Source: Patescibacteria group bacterium | GTDB lineage: Bacteria > Patescibacteriota > Patescibacteriia > Patescibacteriales > UBA12465 | NCBI GenBank assembly: GCA_050949505.1 | Contig: JBMNFV010000001.1 | Location: 573,644-637,643 of the forward strand | Reading direction: 5' to 3' | DNA: 64,000 nt | Part shown: positions 35,061 to 44,466 of the stretch, piece after piece | Layout of the letters: every line of letters starts with the position of its first letter | Numbering within the stretch: the first letter of the stretch is position 1 | Notes under the pieces: model-generated | Database searches by the model: none | Seen by the model: only the letters and a program-made list of their open reading frames with translations | What the model was told of the DNA's origin: nothing | Position numbers and translations under genes: made by a program

Positions 35061-37346
35061 TTAATCTGCTGTTTCTATAACTTCTGGTGCTTCTGGCTCT
35101 GGATTTGGTGGGACCTCTAGCTCGGGCTCAATAACTAAGTCCGCCTCTTGAGACTCTGGTGTTTCAATTTCTTGCGGAGCAGCCTCCTCTTCCTCACTAA
35201 ACTCTGGCTGCCCTAAGTCTTCCCTGTCGTTATCAATAGCTGGCTCTAACTCTTCCTCAGCCTCTTCAGTTATGACTTCAATTAAATCTACTAAAGGCGA
35301 GCTAGACAATGGTTCTAAGTCACTAGCATCATTAACTTTCAAATACCGACTTGAAAGCGTATACAGATTGGTGCTAGTTAGCCAGGTTCGCCTAATTAGA
35401 TCTAAACTTGATTGACTAGTGGCGGCTAAGGTGACTGTCTCGGGCAGACGATGGTCAACATTGCCCTGTAGCGCTAACTTAGCGTTATTAATCGTGAAAA
35501 ATAGAAAGCCATCAAAGTTTAGGTCGCCGTTATCATATAAGGTAACAGGGAAAGAGATAATATTTTTTTCTGGAGAGTAGAAGAAGGCTTGCTGGTCGGT
35601 CATGACCGCTGATTGACTACTTCGATCACCAATATTGTAATAGTCTAAGACCTTAGGTTCTTTGATGTTGGTAAAGTCAAATAATGACAACTTTAGATTC
35701 TTAACTACTAGCCGACCATTATCATTGGCTCGTTCTTGGCCTATACCAATAAATTTACTAGCCTCTCGATCTAGGGCATATAAATACTGGGCATATTCCG
35801 GCACCTTAATCGCCCCTAACACCGCGGGCTGAAGCGGGTCCGCTAAGTTAATTACATATAAAGACTCATTGGCCTTAAAGGTTCCCAAATAGGCCCGTTC
35901 ATTAGAGAAATGGGCGGCGGTAATTTGCCCCTCAGTTGTAATATTCTCTAATTTTCCTACCAATTTCAGTTCATTATTTAAAACATAAATATTGCTAGAA
36001 TATTTCCCCTCACTTAAATTTTTAGCCTGATTGCTCGTTACCACTCTTAAATATGAGTCTGCCTCATTAAGTGTTAGTCCGGAAATGAGTTGACCATTCA
36101 CCTCTCCCATCCCTCGGTACACCGCCTGATTAGCGGTTAAGCCAAACTTATGGATAATAGTTTTCTCCGACTTGATAGCTGCTTGCTTTAATCTCTCCTG
36201 CCAAGCCTCCGCTAGTCTGGCTTGCTCCACTTGACGCTCGGTTTCTGTTAGCTTGTTTAAATATTCATCTATTAGCTTATTTAACTTAAATTCCTTTTCA
36301 TCTTGAGTTAAAATATAGTCCGCCACCACCTTAATTTCTTCCGCCTTTTGTTGGTCAGCTGAACTTAATTGGGCTAAAAATAGTTCTTGTTTAAGGGCTA
36401 ATAATAAGCCCTCGGTTTCAGATTTTTCAGTATAGGTTAAATAGATATTTTTATCGGTTAGATAATAATTCTGCTCCCCACTCATTAAATAGGCTTGACC
36501 AGTTAGGGGGGCTGATTGATTGTTAAGGTCTAAGGTAGTGGTCTGTAAATACTTAAATGAATGATAGTCTATATCAAAATAATAGACTTCAGGTAAGTAA
36601 CAGGCAGTTGTTTTTGCTGAGCACTCAGAGTCTAATAAAGCTCCTTGAGAAAAAACTTGTGGCGTGATCGTCTGTCCCCGCGCTGGCGAAACGGCACTCG
36701 CTACCGAAATATTAAGATAATTTCCACTTAAACTAAGGTCAGCTAACTGGCCTTCAAATATTAAATCGCTACCTAAGTTAGGATTAGTAATCCGACTAAG
36801 GTCATAAACTTGCAAAAAGGTATACTTATCAGTCGCGCTTAGATTAGCGGCCATTTGAGCACTTGATAAACTCTCATCTGCTCCATAAATAATTGCCTGA
36901 CTACCTGAAATAATTAGACCTTGTGGGGTCTTATTTAATTTTAACTCCGATACCAACTCGGCCGTCTTAAGGGAAAATACTTTCAAGAAATTTTCCTCTA
37001 TTAGATAGAGATACTGACCATCAGTTTGCTGCAAACTATCCTTAACTAGCCCTCCCGCCTGGCTGGCAATAAACTTAACTTCTAAAGCTAAGTCTCCTGA
37101 CTCAACTTCTGCTTGCCCTAGTAGTCCTTGGCTGGCTTGTAAGAATGCAGCCAACTCCGTCTGGTTAGCAAACTTTTTAATCTTGTTAGTCCTAGTCTTG
37201 CTAGTGCTAGTGGCCGTCTCACTAATCTGATTATTAGTCGCCACCTTTTCCTTAAGGCGACTTTTTCTACTAGGTAAAGAACAGGCACTGAGCACTACTA
37301 AGGCTAAGAGGAAAATTAAACTAAACCGATAAATATTTTTTGACAT
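35061..37346 (-). CDS. Lipoprotein with beta-propeller domain (COG4880-like) and an acidic Pro/Glu-rich tail
   Basis: 761-aa ORF. Lipobox LSAC, a long central coiled insert, beta-propeller-family-like blocks (YLYLI, LSLFDFTNIKEPKVL, FFYSPEKNIISFPV) and a C-terminal ~70-aa E/P-rich low-complexity tail. Confidence 0.55.
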   Translation of the reverse strand: MSKNIYRFSLIFLLALVVLSACSLPSRKSRLKEKVATNNQISETATSTSKTRTNKIKKFANQTELAAFLQASQGLLGQAEVESGDLALEVKFIASQAGGLVKDSLQQTDGQYLYLIEENFLKVFSLKTAELVSELKLNKTPQGLIISGSQAIIYGADESLSSAQMAANLSATDKYTFLQVYDLSRITNPNLGSDLIFEGQLADLSLSGNYLNISVASAVSPARGQTITPQVFSQGALLDSECSAKTTACYLPEVYYFDIDYHSFKYLQTTTLDLNNQSAPLTGQAYLMSGEQNYYLTDKNIYLTYTEKSETEGLLLALKQELFLAQLSSADQQKAEEIKVVADYILTQDEKEFKLNKLIDEYLNKLTETERQVEQARLAEAWQERLKQAAIKSEKTIIHKFGLTANQAVYRGMGEVNGQLISGLTLNEADSYLRVVTSNQAKNLSEGKYSSNIYVLNNELKLVGKLENITTEGQITAAHFSNERAYLGTFKANESLYVINLADPLQPAVLGAIKVPEYAQYLYALDREASKFIGIGQERANDNGRLVVKNLKLSLFDFTNIKEPKVLDYYNIGDRSSQSAVMTDQQAFFYSPEKNIISFPVTLYDNGDLNFDGFLFFTINNAKLALQGNVDHRLPETVTLAATSQSSLDLIRRTWLTSTNLYTLSSRYLKVNDASDLEPLSSSPLVDLIEVITEEAEEELEPAIDNDREDLGQPEFSEEEEAAPQEIETPESQEADLVIEPELEVPPNPEPEAPEVIETAD

Positions 37347-37412
37347 AAATAAAAAACTTAGCGAATTATCACTTTGTTTATTATAGCAGTTATTGAAGAA
37401 AATTAGAAATTA

Positions 37413-38456
37413 CTATTTCTTAAGCTGCTTAGCTTGATAAAGATTGAAAAAAGCTAGCAAACCTAACATTAAGGCGACTAAACCAATAAGTAGCCACAAC
37501 TTACCCTGACTTTGAAGAAATAGTCCTCCTAAACCAAAGCTTAGTGAGAAAAGATAAAAAATTAACACTGTTTTTCTTTGTCCTAGACCCAAGGCTAGAA
37601 AACGGTGATGAAGATGCTGTCGGTCAGCTGAGCGAAAAGGATTCTGTCCTTTAGCTAGCCGTCTAATTATAGTCCAAATTAAATCTAACATCGGAATGCC
37701 CATAATTAACAAAGCAATGGCAATTTTTCCTCCTGAGATTATGGCTAAGACTCCTAAGAGGTAGCCAACTAAAATTGAGCCCCCTTCCCCCAGAAAGATT
37801 TTGGCTGGGTGCCAATTGAATATCAAAAACCCCAGCAAGGCTCCCACCAAGAGGATGCCTGCTAAGGCTAAGTCGGGCTGATAATATCGGCTAGTTAAGG
37901 TAAAGAGAAAGATAATTAAGGCGCCGATTGCCCCCACTCCTGAAACTAGGCCATCTACCCCATCTAGCAACTTAGTGGCATACATCATGCCTAGTAGCCA
38001 AATAATTATAATTAAATAGCTAATTATCATTAATGAGGATAAGTCCCAAACTCCCCCAAAGGGATGACTAATTCTCTCTATCTTGATCCCCCCTAAGATT
38101 AAAACCGCTATTGCTAATAGCGGAGAAATTAGTTGCTGCCAAGCGGGTAAATTATGCTTATCATCCAAACTGCCTCCAATAATTATTATCAAGGCTCCCA
38201 GAAAGAAAGCTAATAATTGTTGCCAAACTAAGTCTCCTTGTAAGAAGTGTCGCTGGAAAATAAACAACCAAAAAAAGAAGGCTAAAAAAATAGCCACTCC
38301 GCCAAGTAGGGGAATAGGCTGTTGGTGAATTTTACGACCAACTACTGGCTTATCAGGATTATCTACCACCCCTAACCGTAAGGCCACTCGCCTAACTAAA
38401 TAAGTTAGGCCGGCACTACTTGCTAAACTAACAATGAAGCTAAGTAGGTAAAACAT
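37413..38456 (-). CDS. Glycosyltransferase family 4 (MraY/WecA-type polyprenyl-phosphate sugar-1-phosphate transferase)
   Basis: 347-aa polytopic ORF with the LDDKHNL and LDGVDGL motifs characteristic of the MraY/WecA family. Confidence 0.8.
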   Translation of the reverse strand: MFYLLSFIVSLASSAGLTYLVRRVALRLGVVDNPDKPVVGRKIHQQPIPLLGGVAIFLAFFFWLFIFQRHFLQGDLVWQQLLAFFLGALIIIIGGSLDDKHNLPAWQQLISPLLAIAVLILGGIKIERISHPFGGVWDLSSLMIISYLIIIIWLLGMMYATKLLDGVDGLVSGVGAIGALIIFLFTLTSRYYQPDLALAGILLVGALLGFLIFNWHPAKIFLGEGGSILVGYLLGVLAIISGGKIAIALLIMGIPMLDLIWTIIRRLAKGQNPFRSADRQHLHHRFLALGLGQRKTVLIFYLFSLSFGLGGLFLQSQGKLWLLIGLVALMLGLLAFFNLYQAKQLKK

Positions 38457-38460
38457 GCGT

Positions 38461-41157
38461 TTATAGGTCTTTAGCTGGCTCTATCTCTAGGCGCCCTCGT
38501 TGATTAATCATAATTGTATCTCGTCGCTTCAGTTCGCCACTCAAAAACTTAACAGCAATCTCATTTTCTATCTCATCTTGAAGTAGTCGCCTTAAAGGTC
38601 GGGCCCCAAATTTAGGGTCATAACCTTTTTTAGCTAAAACCTTTACTCCCTTTTTGTCTGCCTTTAGGCCAACTCCCTTAAGCTCTAAGTTTTTCTTGAT
38701 CTGCTTTAACATAATGGTAGCAATCGCTTCCACATTTTCTGGACTCAAGGGCTTAAAGACAATGATGCCATCAAAACGATTAATTAATTCTGGGCGAAGA
38801 TGTTTATTTAAATGATTATCTATTAATTCCTGTCTAATCTCTGCCATCTTAGTCTCTGCTTTAATTTCTTGCTGAATATACAAAGCCCCGATATTAGAGG
38901 TAGCGATAATAATTGACTCAGTAAAATTAATAGTTCTGCCCTGGCCATCCGTTAGGCGACCATCATCTAGGAGTTGGAGGAAAAGATTTAAGATATCGGG
39001 ATTGGCCTTTTCTATTTCATCAAAGAGAATTAAGGAAAATGGCTTCTTCCTAACTGCCTCCGTGAGATAGCCTAAGGTGCCATCTGGATCACCAATCATT
39101 TTCTTAATACTATCTAGCCCCTGATATTCACTCATATCTATTCTAATCAAATAGTCTTCAGCCCCAAAATAAATATCAGAAACGGCTTTAGCGAGCTCCG
39201 TCTTACCCACTCCAGTAGGCCCCATAAACAAAAAGCTAGCAATGGGGCGATTAGAACCTTTAAGTTGTACTCGCGCTCGCCTGAGACTAGCCGCCACCGC
39301 CTTAACCGCCTCCTCTTGACCGATTAATCGTTGGTGAATTTCGGCCTCTAGATTTAATAACTTCTGACTTTCATCTATACTGATTTTATTCACTGGAATG
39401 CCAGTTAATTCCCCAATGGCAATAGCCACCTCTTCCCCGGAACAACTAGACTGCTCCGGATTATTCTGCGCTCGTTGTCTAGTAATTAGGGCTGCTTTTT
39501 CTAGTAAATCTATTGCCTTAGCTGGTAAGGATCTTTCGTGTAGATATTTTTTAGACATCTTCACCGCTTGTTCTAAGGCACTATAGACAATGAAAATATC
39601 ATACTTAGCCTCCAGTGAGCCAACCTTGCTTTCTAGAATTTGTACCGCTTCATTAAATTCAGGCTCGCTAATCTTTATTCTAGTCATAACCGAGCCTAGG
39701 GCTTGATTTTCTATATAACGATGATAATTCTCTTCAGTTGCTGAGGCCAGGCAGCGCAAATGATTCCTTTTTAACGCCTCGGCGAGCACCTCTGATAAAT
39801 CTAGGCTTTCCTGAGTGCCGGCACTGACTCCAATAAGATTTTCAATATTATCAATATATAAAACTATATTACCAGAACGACCGATCTCATTAATCATCAC
39901 TAATAGTCGCTCCTGAGCTTGAGCAGGATTAGCTCCAGAAATTAGACGAGAAACGTCTAGTTCCACTAAGCGTTTGTCCTTGAGAAAATCTGGTACTTTT
40001 TCTTCCACCATTAGCTGACTAAGTCCATTAATAATGGTTCGCTTACCAACCCCAATCGGCCCACTTAAGATAATGCCGTTCTGGCCACTAAGAAAAGCAT
40101 CAAAGATAGACTTTAACTCCTGCTCACGGGCAACACAAAGTTCAGTTTGATTATATTTAGACTGAACTGTTAGGTCATGAGAAAAGTGGTCTAGAGTGGG
40201 CGTGGAAATGGCGGTGTATGACCGATTCATTCCTGAGTCTGGTTTTAATAAGGCTGACTTTCGGTACTTACGATAATTAGACAGCATCTTCTTGTTGACC
40301 CGAAACCACGCTACCGCATTATGAATTTTATCTTGGTCTATTTCTAGTTCATACAATATTTCTATCAACCAAGCATCGCCCGCATAAGAGAAGTTTAATA
40401 AATTTAAGACATCAACATTCGGTTGTTGAAGTTCATGAGCCTCCACAAAAGACTGAATAAGAATTTTTTTCAAACTCTGATTAAAGTCATATTCCTTAGC
40501 AATTCCCGTCTCTGGTCGCTTGAGCAAGTTAGTGTCAATTAATTCCACTAATCTTTTTATATCCACATCCAAGCGGATCATTAATGCTTGAATCTCCTTG
40601 TCTTGCAACAAAACTCTAAACAGGTGCAGTGAGGTGATCTCTTTTTGGCCCAAACGTCTGGCTAACAAAAAGGTCTCTCCTAACGTGGCGGTAATCTTAG
40701 GCCCATAGGCCAGGCTAACATTATAAATTCGCTTAGAAACAGTTTTCTTTTGGCGACTGTCACTAAACTTACGGTAATTAATCTTATTATCCGCCACTCG
40801 CGCCTCACTATTTTTGTAAACTAGAAATAGATTAAAGGTGGTGGTTAATAAGAAGATTAGAATTAGCGGGTCTCGCTGCAACCAAAAGGTTAGTAGTAAG
40901 GTGGGGTCAGCCAAAATGGCCTGATGATTAAAGTATAGCCAAAGACCCAAAGAGAGGTAGCCTAAATAAACTATTGCCCAGAAAATAAACTTAATAATTT
41001 TTTTAATGCGCTTTTTATTTTTCTCTAACACTACTACTGAGCGAGAAAACTTTTTACCCCAAATTAACTCATAACCTAAATACCACAGACTAGGCGAGTC
41101 AGTGGGTCGGTGGTATCCATAGTGAAGATTAGAAAAGTTGGTCTTCTCTAAATTCAT
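38461..41157 (-). CDS. Membrane-anchored Hsp100/Clp-family AAA+ protein with a degenerate first ATPase module
   Basis: 898-aa ORF. Two N-terminal TM helices and a Clp_N-like repeat. D1 reads GPIGVGKRT / VLYIDNIENLIG where clpB has GEAGTGKTA / [13 protein letters not shown]2 is canonical ([26 protein letters not shown]). No long M-domain and no IGF/LGF loop seen. Confidence 0.75.
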   Translation of the reverse strand: MNLEKTNFSNLHYGYHRPTDSPSLWYLGYELIWGKKFSRSVVVLEKNKKRIKKIIKFIFWAIVYLGYLSLGLWLYFNHQAILADPTLLLTFWLQRDPLILIFLLTTTFNLFLVYKNSEARVADNKINYRKFSDSRQKKTVSKRIYNVSLAYGPKITATLGETFLLARRLGQKEITSLHLFRVLLQDKEIQALMIRLDVDIKRLVELIDTNLLKRPETGIAKEYDFNQSLKKILIQSFVEAHELQQPNVDVLNLLNFSYAGDAWLIEILYELEIDQDKIHNAVAWFRVNKKMLSNYRKYRKSALLKPDSGMNRSYTAISTPTLDHFSHDLTVQSKYNQTELCVAREQELKSIFDAFLSGQNGIILSGPIGVGKRTIINGLSQLMVEEKVPDFLKDKRLVELDVSRLISGANPAQAQERLLVMINEIGRSGNIVLYIDNIENLIGVSAGTQESLDLSEVLAEALKRNHLRCLASATEENYHRYIENQALGSVMTRIKISEPEFNEAVQILESKVGSLEAKYDIFIVYSALEQAVKMSKKYLHERSLPAKAIDLLEKAALITRQRAQNNPEQSSCSGEEVAIAIGELTGIPVNKISIDESQKLLNLEAEIHQRLIGQEEAVKAVAASLRRARVQLKGSNRPIASFLFMGPTGVGKTELAKAVSDIYFGAEDYLIRIDMSEYQGLDSIKKMIGDPDGTLGYLTEAVRKKPFSLILFDEIEKANPDILNLFLQLLDDGRLTDGQGRTINFTESIIIATSNIGALYIQQEIKAETKMAEIRQELIDNHLNKHLRPELINRFDGIIVFKPLSPENVEAIATIMLKQIKKNLELKGVGLKADKKGVKVLAKKGYDPKFGARPLRRLLQDEIENEIAVKFLSGELKRRDTIMINQRGRLEIEPAKDL

Positions 41158-41165
41158 AAATAATA

Positions 41166-41540
41166 CTAATTAATCTTTATAAACTGTAACAAGATCGCTA
41201 GGCCTAATAAAATGGGCAAGGCTAACCAAATAATTATTAATCCTAGGCTTAATATCCCCCAGACAATTAAAATTAAGCCCCGCGCCACTACTTGCACCGA
41301 ACGAATAACGAAGCTAATTAACTTGCCCCAGAAATCAGACTGCCCATACATCGGGACAAAAATGTTTTTTAACCAAACGGAAAACCCTAAAGATTTTTCT
41401 CGGTTACGTAAAAATCGCCAAACCTTTTTAGCGACTCTAAATAAGCCAACGCTGTACCACCAAATTGGGAAATAGATGACCTCTAAAAACAAGGAGGCGA
41501 TAATTTTTCCCAGATAAAGCAGGGAGTTTTGCTTAAACAT
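41166..41540 (-). CDS. Small polytopic membrane protein, first gene of the membrane-Clp operon
   Basis: 124-aa ORF with 3-4 TM helices. 8-nt gap to the Clp paralog. Confidence 0.5.
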   Translation of the reverse strand: MFKQNSLLYLGKIIASLFLEVIYFPIWWYSVGLFRVAKKVWRFLRNREKSLGFSVWLKNIFVPMYGQSDFWGKLISFVIRSVQVVARGLILIVWGILSLGLIIIWLALPILLGLAILLQFIKIN

Positions 41541-41573
41541 AAGTTCTAGAAATTTTGTCTTTAATTTAGTTAT

Positions 41574-41582
41574 ATTTTAGCA
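41574..41582 (-). promoter_or_regulatory. Extended -10 element for the membrane-Clp operon
   Basis: Minus strand reads TGCTAAAAT, 34 nt upstream of the ATG at 41540. Confidence 0.3.
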
Positions 41583-41619
41583 CATTTTAAATAATAAAGA
41601 AAATCTCTTCCCTATTTAT

Positions 41620-41648
41620 TTGACAAGAAAAATGGCTTGTATTATGAT
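41620..41648 (+). promoter_or_regulatory. Sigma70-type promoter of clpB
   Basis: TTGACA (41620-41625), 17-nt spacer, TATGAT (41643-41648), immediately upstream of the CIRCE element. Confidence 0.55.
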
Positions 41649-41652
41649 GTTA

Positions 41653-41679
41653 TTAGCACTCTTAGCTAGAGAGTGCTAA
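41653..41679 (+). promoter_or_regulatory. CIRCE operator (HrcA binding site)
   Basis: TTAGCACTC-TTAGCTAGA-GAGTGCTAA is a perfect match to the CIRCE consensus TTAGCACTC-N9-GAGTGCTAA. It lies 5 nt after the -10 box and 29 nt before the clpB ATG. Confidence 0.85.
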
Positions 41680-41707
41680 AGATCTAAATCCTTTATTTTT
41701 TAATTTT

Positions 41708-44350
41708 ATGTTTAATAAATTCACTGACAAAAGCCAAGAAGCAATCATTAATTCCCAGCTAATTGCCTCAGCCTTTGGGCAGGCTGATATTGGCGCTCTG
41801 CACATGCTGCTATCCTTATTACAACAGCGAGAAAGCTTGGTAAGAGCTATTTTAGAAAAGATGAAAATAGACCCTGAAGTTATAGAAGAAGCGGTTATTA
41901 AGGAAATAGAGAAATTACCTAAAGTAAAAACTCCCAGCAAGAGCACTCCCATGCAATCGGTTTCTGGCACTCCTGAAACTGCCCTGATCTTAGAACGATC
42001 CAAGAAAGAGGCCGACGGCATGGGAGATGACTTTATCTCCACCGAACACTTATTGCTCGCTCTCATAGGCATTGAGTCTGATGCGCAGGCGATTCTCTTA
42101 AGTTTCCAAGTGGAATTAAAGTCAGTTAAGGAGATATTAAAGTCCTTACGGGGCAATCAAAGGGTTCACGACCCCTTTCCGGAAAATAAATATAATGTCT
42201 TAGAAAAATACACTAGCAATCTCACCGAATTAGCTCGTCAAGAAAAACTGGACCCGGTTATCGGTCGCGATCAGGAAATTAGGCGGATCATGCAAGTGCT
42301 TCTGCGCCGCACTAAAAACAATCCCGTCTTAATTGGTGAGGCTGGCACCGGAAAAACCGCTATTGTTGAGGGACTAGCCCAAAGAATAGTGGCTGGTGAT
42401 GTTCCTGAAAATTTGAAGAATAAAGAAGTGGTCACCTTAGACCTAGGCTCTTTAGTGGCGGGAGCTAAATTTCGGGGAGAATTTGAAGATCGTTTTAAAG
42501 CCGTCCTTAAAGAAGTTCAGTCTCAAAATGGCAAGATCATTCTCTTTATTGATGAGCTCCACACCCTAATCGGTGCGGGAGCTTCCGAGGGCTCTATGGA
42601 TGCTTCTAATATGTTAAAGCCGGCTCTGGCACGCGGTGAGCTCCGAACCATTGGGGCCACCACTACCAAAGAGTATCAAAAATATATTGAAAAAGATGCC
42701 GCTTTGGAGAGGCGCTTTCAGCCAGTGATGGTCAATGAGCCGAATTTAGATGATGCGGTTTCTATGTTAAGAGGACTTAAAGAAAAATATGAAGTCCATC
42801 ACGGGGTAAGGATCACTGACAACGCTTTAATTGCTGCTGTTAAGCTATCTAACCGCTATATTAGTGATCGCTTTCTGCCTGATAAGGCGGTTGACTTAAT
42901 TGATGAAGCCACCTCTTCCCTGCGCATGGAGATAGACTCTATGCCTGATGATTTAGACCAACTTAAGCGAGAAATTAAGCAATTGGAATTAAATAAGGCG
43001 GGACTAATGACTACCAATAAGCGCTCTGCTAAGCTCCGCACTATTAACCAAGAGTTGGCTAAGTTAAAAGAGCAAGCCACGCAGCTAGAATTGCATTGGA
43101 ATAATGAGAAGAATATTATTTCTCAAATTCGGGAATCTAAAAAGAAGATTGATGACCTTAAAATTCAAGCCGAGATCGCCCAACGTCAAGGCAGTGACCT
43201 AACTGAGGTAGCGAAAATAAAATATGGCCTAATCCCGGACTTAGAAAACAATATTAACGAACGTCAAAATGAATTAGTTAAAATTCAAAAACAAGGACAA
43301 CGAATTCTCAAGGAGGAAGTAGACGAAGAGGATATTGCTAAGGTGGTCGCTCGCTGGACTGGAATTCCCCTTAATCGCATGCTCCAAGATGAAATAAAAA
43401 AACTAAGTGAAGCCGAAGCTGAGTTGGAAAAAGTAGTGGTAGGGCAATCAGAGGCTATTCAAGCAATTGCTAACGCTATTCGTCGCTCTCGGGCGGGAAT
43501 TAATGAAGAGAAAAAACCAATTGGCTCTTTCCTCTTTGTTGGTCCTAGTGGAGTAGGAAAAACTGAACTAGCTAAGGCCTTAGCTCGCTTTATGTTTAAC
43601 GACGACAAATCCTTAATTAGATTAGACATGAGTGAATTTATGGAGCGTCATTCTGTGGCTAAATTAATTGGCTCCCCTCCTGGCTATGTTGGTCATGATG
43701 AAGGCGGACAATTAACTGACCGCGTTCGTCGTCATCCCTATAGTGTTATTCTCTTTGATGAAATAGAGAAGGCTCACCCAGACATGTTTAACATGTTGCT
43801 ACAAATTCTTGATGATGGTCGCCTAACTGATTCTAAGGGACGAACCGTTAACTTTAAAAATACTATTATCATTATGACCTCCAATTTGGGCAATGAGGTG
43901 ATCAGACAATATTCAATTGGTTTTGCTGACACCTCTAATCAGACTGAGGTCGCTGTTCAACAAACCTCTGAAATGAAGGCTAAGATAGATAAAATTCTAA
44001 AAAACCACTTTAAGCTGGAATTTCTCAATCGGATTGATGAAATTGTCCTTTTCCGCAGCCTCAGTCTTAAGGCTCTAGAAAAGATCGTGGACCTAGAGCT
44101 TAATAAGGTAGAAGCGAGGTTGAATAATAAAAATATTAATCTGCGAATTACTCCTAAGATCAAAAAGATGTTAGCTGAGAAAGGTTATGACATTACCTAT
44201 GGGGCCCGACCCTTAAAGCGCATTATTCAGACTATGATCTTAGATGAACTGGCTCTAGATATCATTGCTAACAAAATTAAGGATGGGGATAAGGTAAAAA
44301 TAGATTTAAATAAGCAAGAAGCGATTGATATTAGCATTCTTAAACGATAA
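41708..44350 (+). CDS. clpB: Chaperone ClpB (Hsp100 disaggregase)
   Basis: 880-aa ORF. Clp_N, D1 ([15 protein letters not shown]), a long coiled-coil M-domain, D2 ([25 protein letters not shown]). Confidence 0.92.
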   Translation: MFNKFTDKSQEAIINSQLIASAFGQADIGALHMLLSLLQQRESLVRAILEKMKIDPEVIEEAVIKEIEKLPKVKTPSKSTPMQSVSGTPETALILERSKKEADGMGDDFISTEHLLLALIGIESDAQAILLSFQVELKSVKEILKSLRGNQRVHDPFPENKYNVLEKYTSNLTELARQEKLDPVIGRDQEIRRIMQVLLRRTKNNPVLIGEAGTGKTAIVEGLAQRIVAGDVPENLKNKEVVTLDLGSLVAGAKFRGEFEDRFKAVLKEVQSQNGKIILFIDELHTLIGAGASEGSMDASNMLKPALARGELRTIGATTTKEYQKYIEKDAALERRFQPVMVNEPNLDDAVSMLRGLKEKYEVHHGVRITDNALIAAVKLSNRYISDRFLPDKAVDLIDEATSSLRMEIDSMPDDLDQLKREIKQLELNKAGLMTTNKRSAKLRTINQELAKLKEQATQLELHWNNEKNIISQIRESKKKIDDLKIQAEIAQRQGSDLTEVAKIKYGLIPDLENNINERQNELVKIQKQGQRILKEEVDEEDIAKVVARWTGIPLNRMLQDEIKKLSEAEAELEKVVVGQSEAIQAIANAIRRSRAGINEEKKPIGSFLFVGPSGVGKTELAKALARFMFNDDKSLIRLDMSEFMERHSVAKLIGSPPGYVGHDEGGQLTDRVRRHPYSVILFDEIEKAHPDMFNMLLQILDDGRLTDSKGRTVNFKNTIIIMTSNLGNEVIRQYSIGFADTSNQTEVAVQQTSEMKAKIDKILKNHFKLEFLNRIDEIVLFRSLSLKALEKIVDLELNKVEARLNNKNINLRITPKIKKMLAEKGYDITYGARPLKRIIQTMILDELALDIIANKIKDGDKVKIDLNKQEAIDISILKR

Positions 44351-44370
44351 AAAACAAGCTAACTTTAATA

Positions 44371-44404
44371 AAATTGACTAGCTAGTCTAGTCAATTTTAG
44401 TTTG
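44371..44404 (+). terminator. Rho-independent terminator after clpB
   Basis: AAATTGACTAG-CTAGT-CTAGTCAATTT hairpin followed by a T-rich tract. Confidence 0.55.
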
Positions 44405-44430
44405 TCAGCCACTTAGTTATTTGTTATAAT
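44402..44430 (+). promoter_or_regulatory. Sigma70-type promoter of the 44467 gene
   Basis: TTGTCA (44402-44407), 17-nt spacer, TATAAT (44425-44430). Confidence 0.5.
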
Positions 44431-44466
44431 TATTACTACTTTAATCTAACTAATTTTTAAATAATT

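Noticed and set aside
41662-42156. 164-aa minus-strand ORF overlapping the CIRCE element and the 5' end of clpB
   Set aside because: It is entirely antisense to a well-supported clpB reading frame. It has low-complexity Ser/Cys-rich composition and no start context, so it is treated as a shadow ORF.
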